This document shows positions 27,789 to 37,192 of a stretch of DNA of 64,000 nucleotides, piece after piece. Where the stretch lies: IMG/VR virus record IMGVR_UViG_3300014203_000012, positions 1 to 64,000 of that record; one strand, given 5' to 3'. The number at the start of each line of letters is the position of its first letter. Position 1 is the stretch's first letter. Position numbers and translations under genes: made by a program. This DNA comes from a virus (taxonomy: Duplodnaviria; Caudoviricetes). Under the pieces are notes generated by a model. It made no database searches and was not told the origin of the DNA. It saw only the letters and a list, made by a program, of their open reading frames with translations.

Positions 27789-27812
27789 TTGGTAATAATT
27801 TATAACCCTAGG

Positions 27813-27824
27813 TACAATATGGTA
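27813..27824 (+). promoter_or_regulatory. Late-type promoter
   Basis: TACA-atatgg-TA. Confidence 0.55.
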
Positions 27825-27852
27825 AATATATAAAAGAAAAGAGGAATTTATA

Positions 27853-28212
27853 ATGAAAGAATTAAAACATCCACTTTTAACCAGTAAGTACACAAAGATT
27901 TCACATGAGGATGAACCTCAATTTGGCGCTCCTCATCATTTTCAAGTAACTCCAGTTATTGCAACCGAAGGATATACTGTAGTTAAAGTAGATTTCCAAG
28001 AAGGTCCTATTAAAGAGAATGGTGTTAATGGCATCGCTAACGAAGATGCTCTTGTTATGGTATTGGCTCGTTTGGAAGGATTTCAAAATACCCAATACGC
28101 ATGCGCCGAAAACGAAGATGCTATTTTTCATATTGAAGCTGCATTAAAAGTATTACGATCGCGTACAGATAAACGTGTTGCTAGAAATGTTGAAGGTACT
28201 CATATCGTCTAA
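27853..28212 (+). CDS. tad1: Tad1-like anti-Thoeris/anti-CBASS nucleotide sponge
   Basis: GAPHHF..FQEGP..NG..EDAL..RLEGFQ..EN..A..HIEAA..R..KR..RNVEGT parallels Tad1 (GAYHEY..FQKG..HG..DLL..RLKSFQ..REN..ALTHVEEAL..RR..DR..RNVLGT). Confidence 0.8.
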   Translation: MKELKHPLLTSKYTKISHEDEPQFGAPHHFQVTPVIATEGYTVVKVDFQEGPIKENGVNGIANEDALVMVLARLEGFQNTQYACAENEDAIFHIEAALKVLRSRTDKRVARNVEGTHIV

Positions 28213-28223
28213 TATATTTAAAT

Positions 28224-28264
28224 GGGCTCGTAACTCAGCTGGTTCGAGTCCATTCGAGCCCACC
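28224..28264 (+). pseudogene. Internally deleted tRNA(Ile)-like remnant / minihelix
   Basis: GGGCTCG-TA-ACTCAGCTGGTT|CGAGTCCATT-CGAGCCC-ACC: acceptor stem, D-arm 5' half and T-arm 3' half fused at TGGTT; anticodon arm missing. Confidence 0.75.
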
Positions 28265-28292
28265 TTAATTCTAAAACTTTATAAAATACATA

Positions 28293-28317
28293 AGACCTAG
28301 TCTTTTTGACTAGGTCT
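28293..28317 (+). terminator. Hairpin terminator
   Basis: AGACCTAGTC-ttttt-GACTAGGTCT. Confidence 0.7.
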
Positions 28318-28351
28318 ATTCGTGTGTCTTATACTTTTTTAATATGTCTAG

Positions 28352-28363
28352 AACATATAAATA
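28352..28363 (+). promoter_or_regulatory. Late-type promoter (PolB-N)
   Basis: AACA-tataaa-TA. Confidence 0.7.
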
Positions 28364-28411
28364 AGGTTGTAATCGCACCTTATAAGGTGCAATTAGGGAG
28401 GAATTGAATAA

Positions 28412-30352
28412 ATGATTAGTGGATATAAAGATGGTAGTGATTTAACACTTATGAATGCTACGTATCATTATGGTAGAAAAGACGATGATGGTAAATTTAA
28501 AAAAGACAATATGGTTATTGTATTTAAAGACAATAAAACTGGTAAGAAAGATTGTCGAACTATATACGAGCCACCTTATACTTATTACAAAACTAAGGAT
28601 GATGCAACGGTAGGGTACAATCAGTTCTTTATAGATAGAGCTAAAGTTGAACCGATTACTGTTCCATATAAGAACTTAGAAAAGAGTATTGCCGAACAAA
28701 CAGGACAATTAGAATTGTTTTATGATAATATAAAATGTGGGAATAGGTATGCTAATAAAAGACTTCACTTAGATGAGCGTATTTTCGGATCTGACTTGCA
28801 TATTAATAATTTTTATAGAAAAGAATTCGATAAAGTATATGTAAACGATATCAAGCCTATAGATAAAGCATATCTAGATATAGAAGCAGATATTAAATAC
28901 ATGAGAGGAGACTTTCCAGAACCTGGAGAGTGTCCAATTAATGCCGTATCACTAATGGTTGAAAAGACCAATACGTTATACACTTTCGTCCTTAGGGATT
29001 CTCGTAATCCTTTGATTGCACAATTTGAAAAAGGATTAGATAAGAATAACTTCATTGAGAAATTTAAAGAGTTTCTACAAACAAATGTCGGCGGATATAA
29101 AAAACTTGTTGGGTTTAAACTCGATAAGATTCAAGTAAAACTCATATTCTTCGATGATGAACTTGATATGCTTATGAATCTATTCAGATTAATAAATATG
29201 ATTCAGCCGGATTTTGTATTAGCGTGGAACATGGGGTTTGATATACCTTATATTATCCAGCGTTTAATAAATTTAGGAGCTGATCCTAGAGAAGTTATTT
29301 GCCATCCAGATTTCTCTGAGAAATACTGCGAGTATTTCGTTGATGAGAGAAATAAGAGTATAATCGAGCAACGTGGTGACTTTGCAGATATATCATCGTA
29401 CTCTATATATCTAGATCAGATGATTCAATTTGCATCGAGAAGAAAAGGTCAATCTGCATTTAGTAGTAATAAACTAAATGATATTGGAGAAGCTGTATGT
29501 AAAGTAAGAAAATTAAGTTGGAAGCATATAACTTCAGAGATGGCAGAACTTCCTTACTTAGACTTTTGGACATTCATTATGTACAATATGATGGATGTTA
29601 TCGTACAGAAATGTATCGAAGAGAAGACAGGTGATATAAATTATATATATAGTAAGGCTATGGCTAACTCTACAATGTATCACAAAGCTCATAGACAAAC
29701 AGTTTACTTAGCCAATAGAGCAGTAACTTCATTCCTTAAGAACAATGATGTTATTGCTGGTAATAACGTAAATAAATTCAATGAAAAACCTACAGAGAAA
29801 TATGCGGGAGCGTTTGTTGCTGACCCTGTACTAGTTTCAGATATGGCTAAAGTTAAGATTAATGGCGTTCCTGTAATGGTTTATAAGAATGCGAATGATT
29901 ATGACTACAAACGTCTGTATCCTAGTATAACTCAAGAATTTAATATGGCTCCAAATACTCAAGTTGGTATGATTGAAATGCCAGAGACTATTTATAAAGA
30001 AGAAAATCCAAATAAAGATCCTAAATTCGTTAGAGCTGGAGCGTATGTGGAAAATCTAGCATCTCAAAATTATCTAGAATTCTGTAAGCGTTGGCTTCAT
30101 CTTGGCGGATTTAGAGAAGTCTACGATGACATTGTAGAGTATTTCACTATGAAAAGAACTCCACTAAATGGCACTATGGATCTACAATTATCCCAAGGTA
30201 TAAAAGACATAGTATTCAGATTGCATAAAGGGGAAAATCTACAAATTGCTCAACGTCATACTGGCAATATTAAGGTAGTAGATAGATATTTAGCAATGCC
30301 TAAACATGTAGAAGATGCAGTTAATGACTATAGGAAAGGGATGAAATTATAA
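28412..30352 (+). CDS. Family B DNA polymerase, N-terminal half (3'-5' exonuclease + motif A)
   Basis: ExoI DIEAD, ExoII WNMGFDIPY, ExoIII YNMMDV, motif A DYKRLYPS; motifs B and C absent. Confidence 0.88.
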   Translation: MISGYKDGSDLTLMNATYHYGRKDDDGKFKKDNMVIVFKDNKTGKKDCRTIYEPPYTYYKTKDDATVGYNQFFIDRAKVEPITVPYKNLEKSIAEQTGQLELFYDNIKCGNRYANKRLHLDERIFGSDLHINNFYRKEFDKVYVNDIKPIDKAYLDIEADIKYMRGDFPEPGECPINAVSLMVEKTNTLYTFVLRDSRNPLIAQFEKGLDKNNFIEKFKEFLQTNVGGYKKLVGFKLDKIQVKLIFFDDELDMLMNLFRLINMIQPDFVLAWNMGFDIPYIIQRLINLGADPREVICHPDFSEKYCEYFVDERNKSIIEQRGDFADISSYSIYLDQMIQFASRRKGQSAFSSNKLNDIGEAVCKVRKLSWKHITSEMAELPYLDFWTFIMYNMMDVIVQKCIEEKTGDINYIYSKAMANSTMYHKAHRQTVYLANRAVTSFLKNNDVIAGNNVNKFNEKPTEKYAGAFVADPVLVSDMAKVKINGVPVMVYKNANDYDYKRLYPSITQEFNMAPNTQVGMIEMPETIYKEENPNKDPKFVRAGAYVENLASQNYLEFCKRWLHLGGFREVYDDIVEYFTMKRTPLNGTMDLQLSQGIKDIVFRLHKGENLQIAQRHTGNIKVVDRYLAMPKHVEDAVNDYRKGMKL

Positions 30353-31065
30353 TGCAAAATATAATAGAATATAAAGTTGATGCGAAAACTATTCTATCTA
30401 TAATCGAAATATCTAAAAAGATTAAAAGTTTCTCTGTGGTGTGTATAAACACACCACAGGGTATAGACATGTATGGGTATAATATAGATTTTGGACTGAT
30501 GAAAACAATATCCGATAATAAATTAACATTACTATCTTTACCTATGGATATAGCAATATTATCTAGCGATATATCTTCTTTAGAAAAAGAAATAGTTGAA
30601 CAAAATATAACTGAAGTGTATATAGGGGTCAGTGCCAGTGAAGAATTGACAACTAGCCCAATAGATGGGAAACCCATACCAATTTTTATATTTGGAAAAT
30701 ATATTAGAGGTGGAAATATAGAAGTTCCACTGTGCGATTATGATTTTTTTCTCAATATAACTATTAGAATAAATGCAGAAGTTATATATTCTACAGTACT
30801 TGAGCAAAAAGAATTAACAGATGATCTAGAATTTATAACCATGCGTAATACAAAAAGCGAAGATGGAATGTCAATGCTGCATATAGGAGATCATTTAGTT
30901 TACGTTACTCCAAATATGCTCAGTATTCTTAAAGGTGACGAAGCTTCTATTGAGATAAGAAGCGCTAATGTTGGAAAGCTTGCATTATTTACTATAACTA
31001 AAAAAAAGAAAAAATGCATAGTAAAAATTATATTCAGGATAATGGATATAAGAAAACAACCCTGA
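30352..31065 (+). CDS. Hypothetical protein translationally coupled to PolB-N (clamp-like candidate)
   Basis: TAATG overlap; 237 aa alpha/beta pattern. Confidence 0.6.
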   Translation: MQNIIEYKVDAKTILSIIEISKKIKSFSVVCINTPQGIDMYGYNIDFGLMKTISDNKLTLLSLPMDIAILSSDISSLEKEIVEQNITEVYIGVSASEELTTSPIDGKPIPIFIFGKYIRGGNIEVPLCDYDFFLNITIRINAEVIYSTVLEQKELTDDLEFITMRNTKSEDGMSMLHIGDHLVYVTPNMLSILKGDEASIEIRSANVGKLALFTITKKKKKCIVKIIFRIMDIRKQP

Positions 31066-31077
31066 AACATCTAAATA
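31066..31077 (+). promoter_or_regulatory. Late-type promoter (portal)
   Basis: AACA-tctaaa-TA. Confidence 0.7.
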
Positions 31078-31099
31078 ATCTTAATGAGGAGGATTAACT

Positions 31100-33367
31100 A
31101 TGGCTGATAAAAGTAATATAAACAATTCACAAATAAAAAAGTTAGAGAAAAATGTACAAGATAATCTTAATAGCTTACACACAGACATACATTTTTCTAG
31201 CCCAGAAACGAATACTACTATCGATTATATGCGAAACAAAATGCATCGCAGTATTGATAAACTAATGGCTAATAATGTAAGTAATACTGGCATGACCAAT
31301 ATATCTAGTCTATATGCTAGAAGTAAGAATATTCAAACCGATAGAAGTATAATAGATGGGATTGCCAATACATTTGAGAATGAGGCTGTTATGAATAACG
31401 TAATGAGTCTTTATTCTCAAAATTCTTATCTGAGAGATCTTGATAAAGAAATAGAGGTTATATGTAAGTATATGCCTAAACTTGTAGACGCTATGGATAC
31501 AAGAAAAGAGCATGTATTATCAGCAGATCATTTCTCTAAAGATTCCATCAATATTAAAAATAGTTCATCTACAGATTTTGATGTTAGCTCAGCAAATAAT
31601 ATTAAAGAAATGAAAGAGAAATATGACATTGATGAGCTAATGGCTAAAGTGTATAAAGAAGCAGATTATAAGGGAGAATGTTTTGTATACATTGTCCCAT
31701 TTAAGAAGGCTATCTCTAGACTGTTGAAACCTGATACTGGAGGTGGTATGATTAGTGCTAATGAAGCTGTCAATTATACATATGATACTAAAGCTCAAAA
31801 ACTAATAAATGAAACAGTTACGGATATATCAGCTAACCCAAATGAAGGCGTTACCATAGAAATTAATAAAAACGGTATAATTGAATCTGCAATACAATCA
31901 CATCAACGCGCTGAGAAAGTTATAAGCGAAACTGCATTTTTATCTTTAAATGAAAATGGAAAAATAAGTAGAAAAGTAAAACAAGATGAAAACGCTGCAA
32001 TTAATGAAAGTAAGATCGCCGCAGCAACAAAAATTGGAATGCAGGGTCTTGCTAAGTTTGATAAATCATTGCAAGATGTAAAGAAAAAGTTCTATAATAT
32101 GGATGCTACAGCGGCTGATGGTTTTATTGTTGGTGATAAAAGTGAAGATATGGAGTTAAAAATTCCAGGATGTGTTGTCAAAATTCTTGACCATACAATG
32201 GTTAAGCCACTATATATAGAAGATATATGCTTAGGGTACTTCTATATAGAATGTGATAAAAATATGGATATGGATCAAAATACATTTGCTAATACGTTAG
32301 GTGGTATCAAACCTGGAGCTAATAGAAACTCTAATATGGGGTTAGACCAAGAACAAGATAGTGTAATTCTTAAAAAGATTGCTAGTGAGATTTCTGACAA
32401 TATCGATAAGAAATTCATTAATGCCAATCAAGATTTATCTAAAGAAATCTATCTTATTCTTAAATATAACCGTGATGTTGGCGCTGATGGTAAGATAAGT
32501 AAAATCAAAGTTACATTCATTCCGCCAGAAGATATGGTACATGCATACTTTGATAAAGATCCAAAGAGTAATCGTGGTATTTCTGGATTACTGAGAGCAT
32601 TGTTCCCAGCTAAGTTATATTCTTGTCTTTATATCACAAATACCATTACTATTCTTACCAGAGGTCAAGACAAACATGTGTACTATGTAAAACAATCGGT
32701 TGATACAAATATAGCAAATGTATTGCTTAGTACAATCAATCAAATAAAGAAATCTAACTTCGGTCTTAGACAAATCGAGAATATGAATAATATCATGAAT
32801 ATCACAGGTAGGTTTAATGATTATATTATTCCTAGAAGCCCAAGCGGTGAAGCTCCTGTTGATTTCGAAGTTATGCAAGGACAAAATGTAGAAATAAAAA
32901 CAGATCTCATGAATATGCTTGAAGAGATGGCGGTTAATAGTACAGATGTACCATTAGAAGTCATTGCCGCTAGACAGCAATTAGATTTTGCTACTCATTA
33001 CACAATGAGTAATACTAAATTCTTACGTAAAGTCTACAATAGACAATCCAAATTTAAGAAGATCTGTGATAGAATACTTACAAAGGTATATGATGCAGAG
33101 TTTGATTGCGAAGACAGCATTGATACAACTTTGCCCCCTCCAATGTATCTAAATCTTATCAATACTGGACAGATATTCCAATCAACAAATGAAATGGTTC
33201 AAAACACAACAGATATGTATGCCGGAGATCAATCTGCCGATGTACAAGCAAATTTTAGTAGATCTCTTAAAAAGTATTATCTGGCTACGTTCTTACCTAC
33301 CGATGAGATAGAAAAGATGCTTGATATGGCTAAGATGCTTGCTAAAGCAAATCCTACAGAACAATAG
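31100..33367 (+). CDS. Portal protein
   Basis: Size and T4 gp20-like segments (YKGECFVY, VYYV, DYIIPRSPSGEAPVDFEVMQG, DVP); late promoter; next to tail genes. Confidence 0.75.
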   Translation: MADKSNINNSQIKKLEKNVQDNLNSLHTDIHFSSPETNTTIDYMRNKMHRSIDKLMANNVSNTGMTNISSLYARSKNIQTDRSIIDGIANTFENEAVMNNVMSLYSQNSYLRDLDKEIEVICKYMPKLVDAMDTRKEHVLSADHFSKDSINIKNSSSTDFDVSSANNIKEMKEKYDIDELMAKVYKEADYKGECFVYIVPFKKAISRLLKPDTGGGMISANEAVNYTYDTKAQKLINETVTDISANPNEGVTIEINKNGIIESAIQSHQRAEKVISETAFLSLNENGKISRKVKQDENAAINESKIAAATKIGMQGLAKFDKSLQDVKKKFYNMDATAADGFIVGDKSEDMELKIPGCVVKILDHTMVKPLYIEDICLGYFYIECDKNMDMDQNTFANTLGGIKPGANRNSNMGLDQEQDSVILKKIASEISDNIDKKFINANQDLSKEIYLILKYNRDVGADGKISKIKVTFIPPEDMVHAYFDKDPKSNRGISGLLRALFPAKLYSCLYITNTITILTRGQDKHVYYVKQSVDTNIANVLLSTINQIKKSNFGLRQIENMNNIMNITGRFNDYIIPRSPSGEAPVDFEVMQGQNVEIKTDLMNMLEEMAVNSTDVPLEVIAARQQLDFATHYTMSNTKFLRKVYNRQSKFKKICDRILTKVYDAEFDCEDSIDTTLPPPMYLNLINTGQIFQSTNEMVQNTTDMYAGDQSADVQANFSRSLKKYYLATFLPTDEIEKMLDMAKMLAKANPTEQ

Positions 33368-33371
33368 ACAC

Positions 33372-33411
33372 TATATATCCCCGTATACCAATTGGTATAC
33401 GGGGATATATA
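33372..33411. terminator. 40 bp perfect palindrome, bidirectional terminator
   Basis: TATATATCCCCGTATACCAA|TTGGTATACGGGGATATATA between convergent genes. Confidence 0.8.
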
Positions 33412-33421
33412 TTTACATTTA

Positions 33422-34267
33422 TCAAACAATACTAGGGGAGACTGCTCCAGTAACACCAGTATTACCGGCAGTTGGCATTTTGGCGATTGCGCTATATCCG
33501 AATTTTGCATCTTCGAAGATAGTGTTTTCATTAATCCATGCAAGGAATGCAATTGCTTTAGCTGTAATAGCAGGACCAGTGATAGGGAAGCCATTGAATT
33601 GTACATTCAATTCTTTCCAGCCAATATCACCTTTTTCTGCATTGTACATGCTAGTTTCAGCAGTTGTTGGTTGTGCAGATACGATCAGGTAAGCCTTTTC
33701 AATCTTACGGCAAGTATTATCAGTTACGAAGTATAAGAACTGGAATGTTTCATACTCATATCCTGCTTCATCCATAATCGCTGTACCACCAGAAGTGCTT
33801 GCTTTTAACAGACCGTTGTATGTCTTAACTTGAGTACGAGGATCTTTAATACCACGAAGGAATAATTCATGAACCTTCGTAAATACAGAACCTTGGCGCT
33901 CGAAATACCGCATAGTGAATTGCGATGCAGATTGCATAGTTACTTTAGTAATTACATTCAGCGTCGAAATACCATTAGTGATTTCAGAAGTATCTGTAGT
34001 GATATCCTCGATACCATCAATACCTCTGAAGTCATACTCAAGAATATGGCGATAAATGTCAATCAACGTCTTATATTCTGAATTGCTTGTAGCAAGAGTT
34101 TCTAAGAACGTAGGAATCTTGAGCGTGATTAAAAACGGATACCCTGTCTCAAAATTATTAAACTGAGTCAGGTTCGAAAAGTCTGTAACGCCGCGACCAA
34201 GTGTATACGCGGTCACGTCGCGTGGACTTGCAGTGTTAGCAAAAATACTATTAATAGTCTCAGACAT
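33422..34267 (-). CDS. Tail tube protein
   Basis: Directly downstream of sheath; beta-rich 281 aa. Confidence 0.7.
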   Translation of the reverse strand: MSETINSIFANTASPRDVTAYTLGRGVTDFSNLTQFNNFETGYPFLITLKIPTFLETLATSNSEYKTLIDIYRHILEYDFRGIDGIEDITTDTSEITNGISTLNVITKVTMQSASQFTMRYFERQGSVFTKVHELFLRGIKDPRTQVKTYNGLLKASTSGGTAIMDEAGYEYETFQFLYFVTDNTCRKIEKAYLIVSAQPTTAETSMYNAEKGDIGWKELNVQFNGFPITGPAITAKAIAFLAWINENTIFEDAKFGYSAIAKMPTAGNTGVTGAVSPSIV

Positions 34268-34285
34268 AATCTAATTCCCCTCTCC

Positions 34286-36133
34286 TCACGATGATTTCAG
34301 AGCAGAAATCTTGAAGATTTCAGTCTGAACGAAGTCTTTAAATGTTACTTTGATAACAGCATAGAAGATTTTGTTAGCTTCATATGCCTTATCTCTTGTA
34401 TACACAAGTTCAATTGAATTGAACTTAGTTGTATATTTATCAATGATGGCTTGAACGTCATCCTTATATTTCGTTAAATCGTCACCAGTGATGAAGTTAT
34501 AACGAATTTTAGGACATCTAACACGGATTTCTTTGATAAGTTCTTGAGTCATTAATACATTATGCAACCAAGATAACTGAGTCAGTTTTTCTTGAGAAGT
34601 ATATTCAGATTCAAGAGTGAGTAAATCGCTGTAATACGTAGCATAGTTAATGCGACTATCATCGAAATACTGTTTCTGATCAACCTTGGGAGTATTTTTA
34701 GGAACGAAGTTTACAGTCCCTTTGATTACATCAGGGAATGTAACTTCATACAATTGACCGCAGAATGGACGAGATCTACCATTTAGGAAATGTTTAACGA
34801 AATTTGTACACAGCGTATACATAATCGTTACAGTGATTTGCTTCCTGGTATAAGGATCTTTAACATCCCAGCTGTTATGGTATGATGCACAGAAGCGTGA
34901 TTTGTAACTAGCTACATTAGCCAATGTAATTTCTGCAATTGACTGAAGTGCTAGACCCATATCACGGAAATAGAACATATCTTCACGGAAAACTGTAAGA
35001 TTTTCAATTGCCCGTTTTACGATGGCTGGATAGTCAGCATCAAAAACAACGTCTATTCTGCTATTATCCAAATCATAAATATCATCGCTTGCGGTGCCAT
35101 TGAACACTTTTACAAGTTCAGTTGGATATGTAGCTGCAGTAATAGGACGATCGCCAAATAATCCATTAGTACCACCCATAAGACTAATACCGGTCAAAGA
35201 ATCTAGTTGTACTGTCGCGTCTACAATAATTTGATCGTATGCCGCCCCAAATAGATTGCAACCAAACAATGCATCTGAATATTCAAATTCAGCTATATCA
35301 ATACCAGAAATATATGCAACATTTTCCATGAATGCGGTAATTTCATCTTCAAAAATTCTGCAGCGAACTTGATTGGATTCGGTAGCAATAACATTTTGAA
35401 GAGAAATATTAGAGTCGTTTTCAACAATATCTGGATTCAAGCAGAATGTCATTGATTCGAGATCATTACCATTTTCCATAACTTTTAAAATATATTTTAC
35501 ATAATCAACAGGCCTGCTTGCAGATGTATCTGCATAAAGACGGAATTTCTTATTTGAAACTCCTCGCCCATTATCAGCTATCATGAATAATGGATAATGC
35601 CCATCTTCGCCAACAACATTTGAATGGATATTATCTGCTAAGAATGCAGATGCCATTGAAGGTAAACTATTACCAGCAATACTAACAGTTTTTAATTCAT
35701 ATGAAATTTTACATTTCTGAATCATAACTGGAAGCGTACCAATGGCATTTGTACTTTCAGTAACCCCATCAGTATAAATAGGATTACCATTCTCATCAGT
35801 TTTTTGAATAGTTTCCTTAGAGACTACAGCAACAACCCCTATATTAGCAAGAGTTGCATCTTCAGCTACAATACGTTTGCAGAAAAGTCGACCGCCAGCA
35901 TTAATTACTTTAGCAGCCTGAATTAGAGTCTGCCCATGTTTGTAGAATGATGGAGTTGTTCCATACAATTTAAAGAATTTATCTCCCATAAGTTGTTGAA
36001 ATTCCTCAGGACCTTTATCTGAAGAGAATCCTGTCATAAAGACTGGGCGGTCTAACGTGTCTACTGTCGGAGAAGTTATAGAATCAATATTACTCTGGTC
36101 ATCCCAGATAAACTTCGATTGAGCATAAGACAT
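34286..36133 (-). CDS. Contractile tail sheath protein
   Basis: SDKGPE, RLFCKRIV, LMGGTNG, C-terminal sheath-like domain; late promoter. Confidence 0.8.
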   Translation of the reverse strand: MSYAQSKFIWDDQSNIDSITSPTVDTLDRPVFMTGFSSDKGPEEFQQLMGDKFFKLYGTTPSFYKHGQTLIQAAKVINAGGRLFCKRIVAEDATLANIGVVAVVSKETIQKTDENGNPIYTDGVTESTNAIGTLPVMIQKCKISYELKTVSIAGNSLPSMASAFLADNIHSNVVGEDGHYPLFMIADNGRGVSNKKFRLYADTSASRPVDYVKYILKVMENGNDLESMTFCLNPDIVENDSNISLQNVIATESNQVRCRIFEDEITAFMENVAYISGIDIAEFEYSDALFGCNLFGAAYDQIIVDATVQLDSLTGISLMGGTNGLFGDRPITAATYPTELVKVFNGTASDDIYDLDNSRIDVVFDADYPAIVKRAIENLTVFREDMFYFRDMGLALQSIAEITLANVASYKSRFCASYHNSWDVKDPYTRKQITVTIMYTLCTNFVKHFLNGRSRPFCGQLYEVTFPDVIKGTVNFVPKNTPKVDQKQYFDDSRINYATYYSDLLTLESEYTSQEKLTQLSWLHNVLMTQELIKEIRVRCPKIRYNFITGDDLTKYKDDVQAIIDKYTTKFNSIELVYTRDKAYEANKIFYAVIKVTFKDFVQTEIFKISALKSS

Positions 36134-36197
36134 TTAATTTTCCTCCTTTATTATACTATTTATTATTTAATTTATACTTACCACAATGCGGTAACTT

Positions 36198-36209
36198 TAT
36201 TCATATGTT
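36198..36209 (-). promoter_or_regulatory. Late-type promoter (sheath/tube)
   Basis: AACA-tatgaa-TA. Confidence 0.7.
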
Positions 36210-36267
36210 GGAATCTATACCTTCCAGTTAAACAAGAATTGATTTATCATTCTATTTATATTATTAA

Positions 36268-36279
36268 AACACATGATTA
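36268..36279 (+). promoter_or_regulatory. Late-type promoter
   Basis: AACA-catgat-TA. Confidence 0.7.
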
Positions 36280-36306
36280 AATATAAAAGAATAAGAGGTG
36301 TTTATA

Positions 36307-37155
36307 ATGGGGCAAAACTACCATTCATTAGTTTTATTAAACGATGGTACAGTAAAAGGATTTGGTTCTAATTATTATGGGCAATTAGGACTAGGTAATA
36401 ATACCGATAGCACTACTCCTACGTTAATACCTAGTCTAAGTAATGTAAAACAAATATCATGTGGTGTCAATTATACTTTAGTTTTACTTAATGATGGTAC
36501 AGTAAAAGGGTTTGGGCATAATGCTTATGGACAATTAGGATTAGGTAATACTACTACTACTATTAGTACTCCTACGTTAATACCTAGTCTAAGTAACGTA
36601 AAACAAATAGCATGTGGTGGTTATTATTCTTTAGTTTTATTAAACGATGGTACAGTAAAAGGATTTGGTCTTAATAGCAACGGTCAATTAGGATTAGGTA
36701 ATGTAGATACACCAAAGAGTACTCCTGTATTAATACCTAGTCTAACTAACGTAAAACAAATATCGTGTGGTAATAATTTTTCATTAGCTTTACTAAATGA
36801 TGGTACAGTAAAAGCGTTTGGGTATAATGTTCAAGGCGAATTAGGTTTAGGTAATGTTACATCCCCATATATGAGTCCTACGTTAATATCTAGTCTAACT
36901 AACGTAAACCAAATAGTTTGTGGTAATAATTTTTCATTAGCTTTACTAAATGATGGTACTGTAAAAGGATTTGGTCAGAATAGCAATGGTCAATTAGGTT
37001 TAGGTAATGTAGATACACCAAAGAGTACTCCTGTATTAATACCTAGTCTAAGTAATATAGTTTTATTATGGGATAATATAGTTCTATTAGTTATATTAAG
37101 AAAAAGATTTGTAATGTTTGTAACTGATACTAAATCAGCATATGGCATTAAATAA
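36307..37155 (+). CDS. RCC1/BLIP-II repeat protein, 5 repeats
   Basis: Five about 51 aa SLVLLNDGTVKGFGxNxxGQLGLG...NVKQISCG repeats; GAGGTG RBS favours ATG 36307. Confidence 0.9.
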   Translation: MGQNYHSLVLLNDGTVKGFGSNYYGQLGLGNNTDSTTPTLIPSLSNVKQISCGVNYTLVLLNDGTVKGFGHNAYGQLGLGNTTTTISTPTLIPSLSNVKQIACGGYYSLVLLNDGTVKGFGLNSNGQLGLGNVDTPKSTPVLIPSLTNVKQISCGNNFSLALLNDGTVKAFGYNVQGELGLGNVTSPYMSPTLISSLTNVNQIVCGNNFSLALLNDGTVKGFGQNSNGQLGLGNVDTPKSTPVLIPSLSNIVLLWDNIVLLVILRKRFVMFVTDTKSAYGIK

Positions 37156-37191
37156 TATAAGAGACTATTGCATTGCAATAGTCTCTTATAT
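37155..37191. terminator. Bidirectional terminator, GCA-T-TGC apex
   Basis: ATATAAGAGACTATTGCA-t-TGCAATAGTCTCTTATAT. Confidence 0.8.
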
Positions 37192-37192
37192 A

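Noticed and set aside
28224-28264. Functional tRNA gene
   Set aside because: Anticodon arm and half of the D and T arms are missing; no complete tRNA was seen in the window.
33321-33736. Plus-strand ORFs over the portal/tube junction
   Set aside because: They span the 40 bp palindrome and lie antisense to the tail tube gene.
36257-36264. TATATTAT as an early promoter
   Set aside because: Lacks the A-N4-TG continuation; an AACA-N6-TA late site lies immediately downstream.
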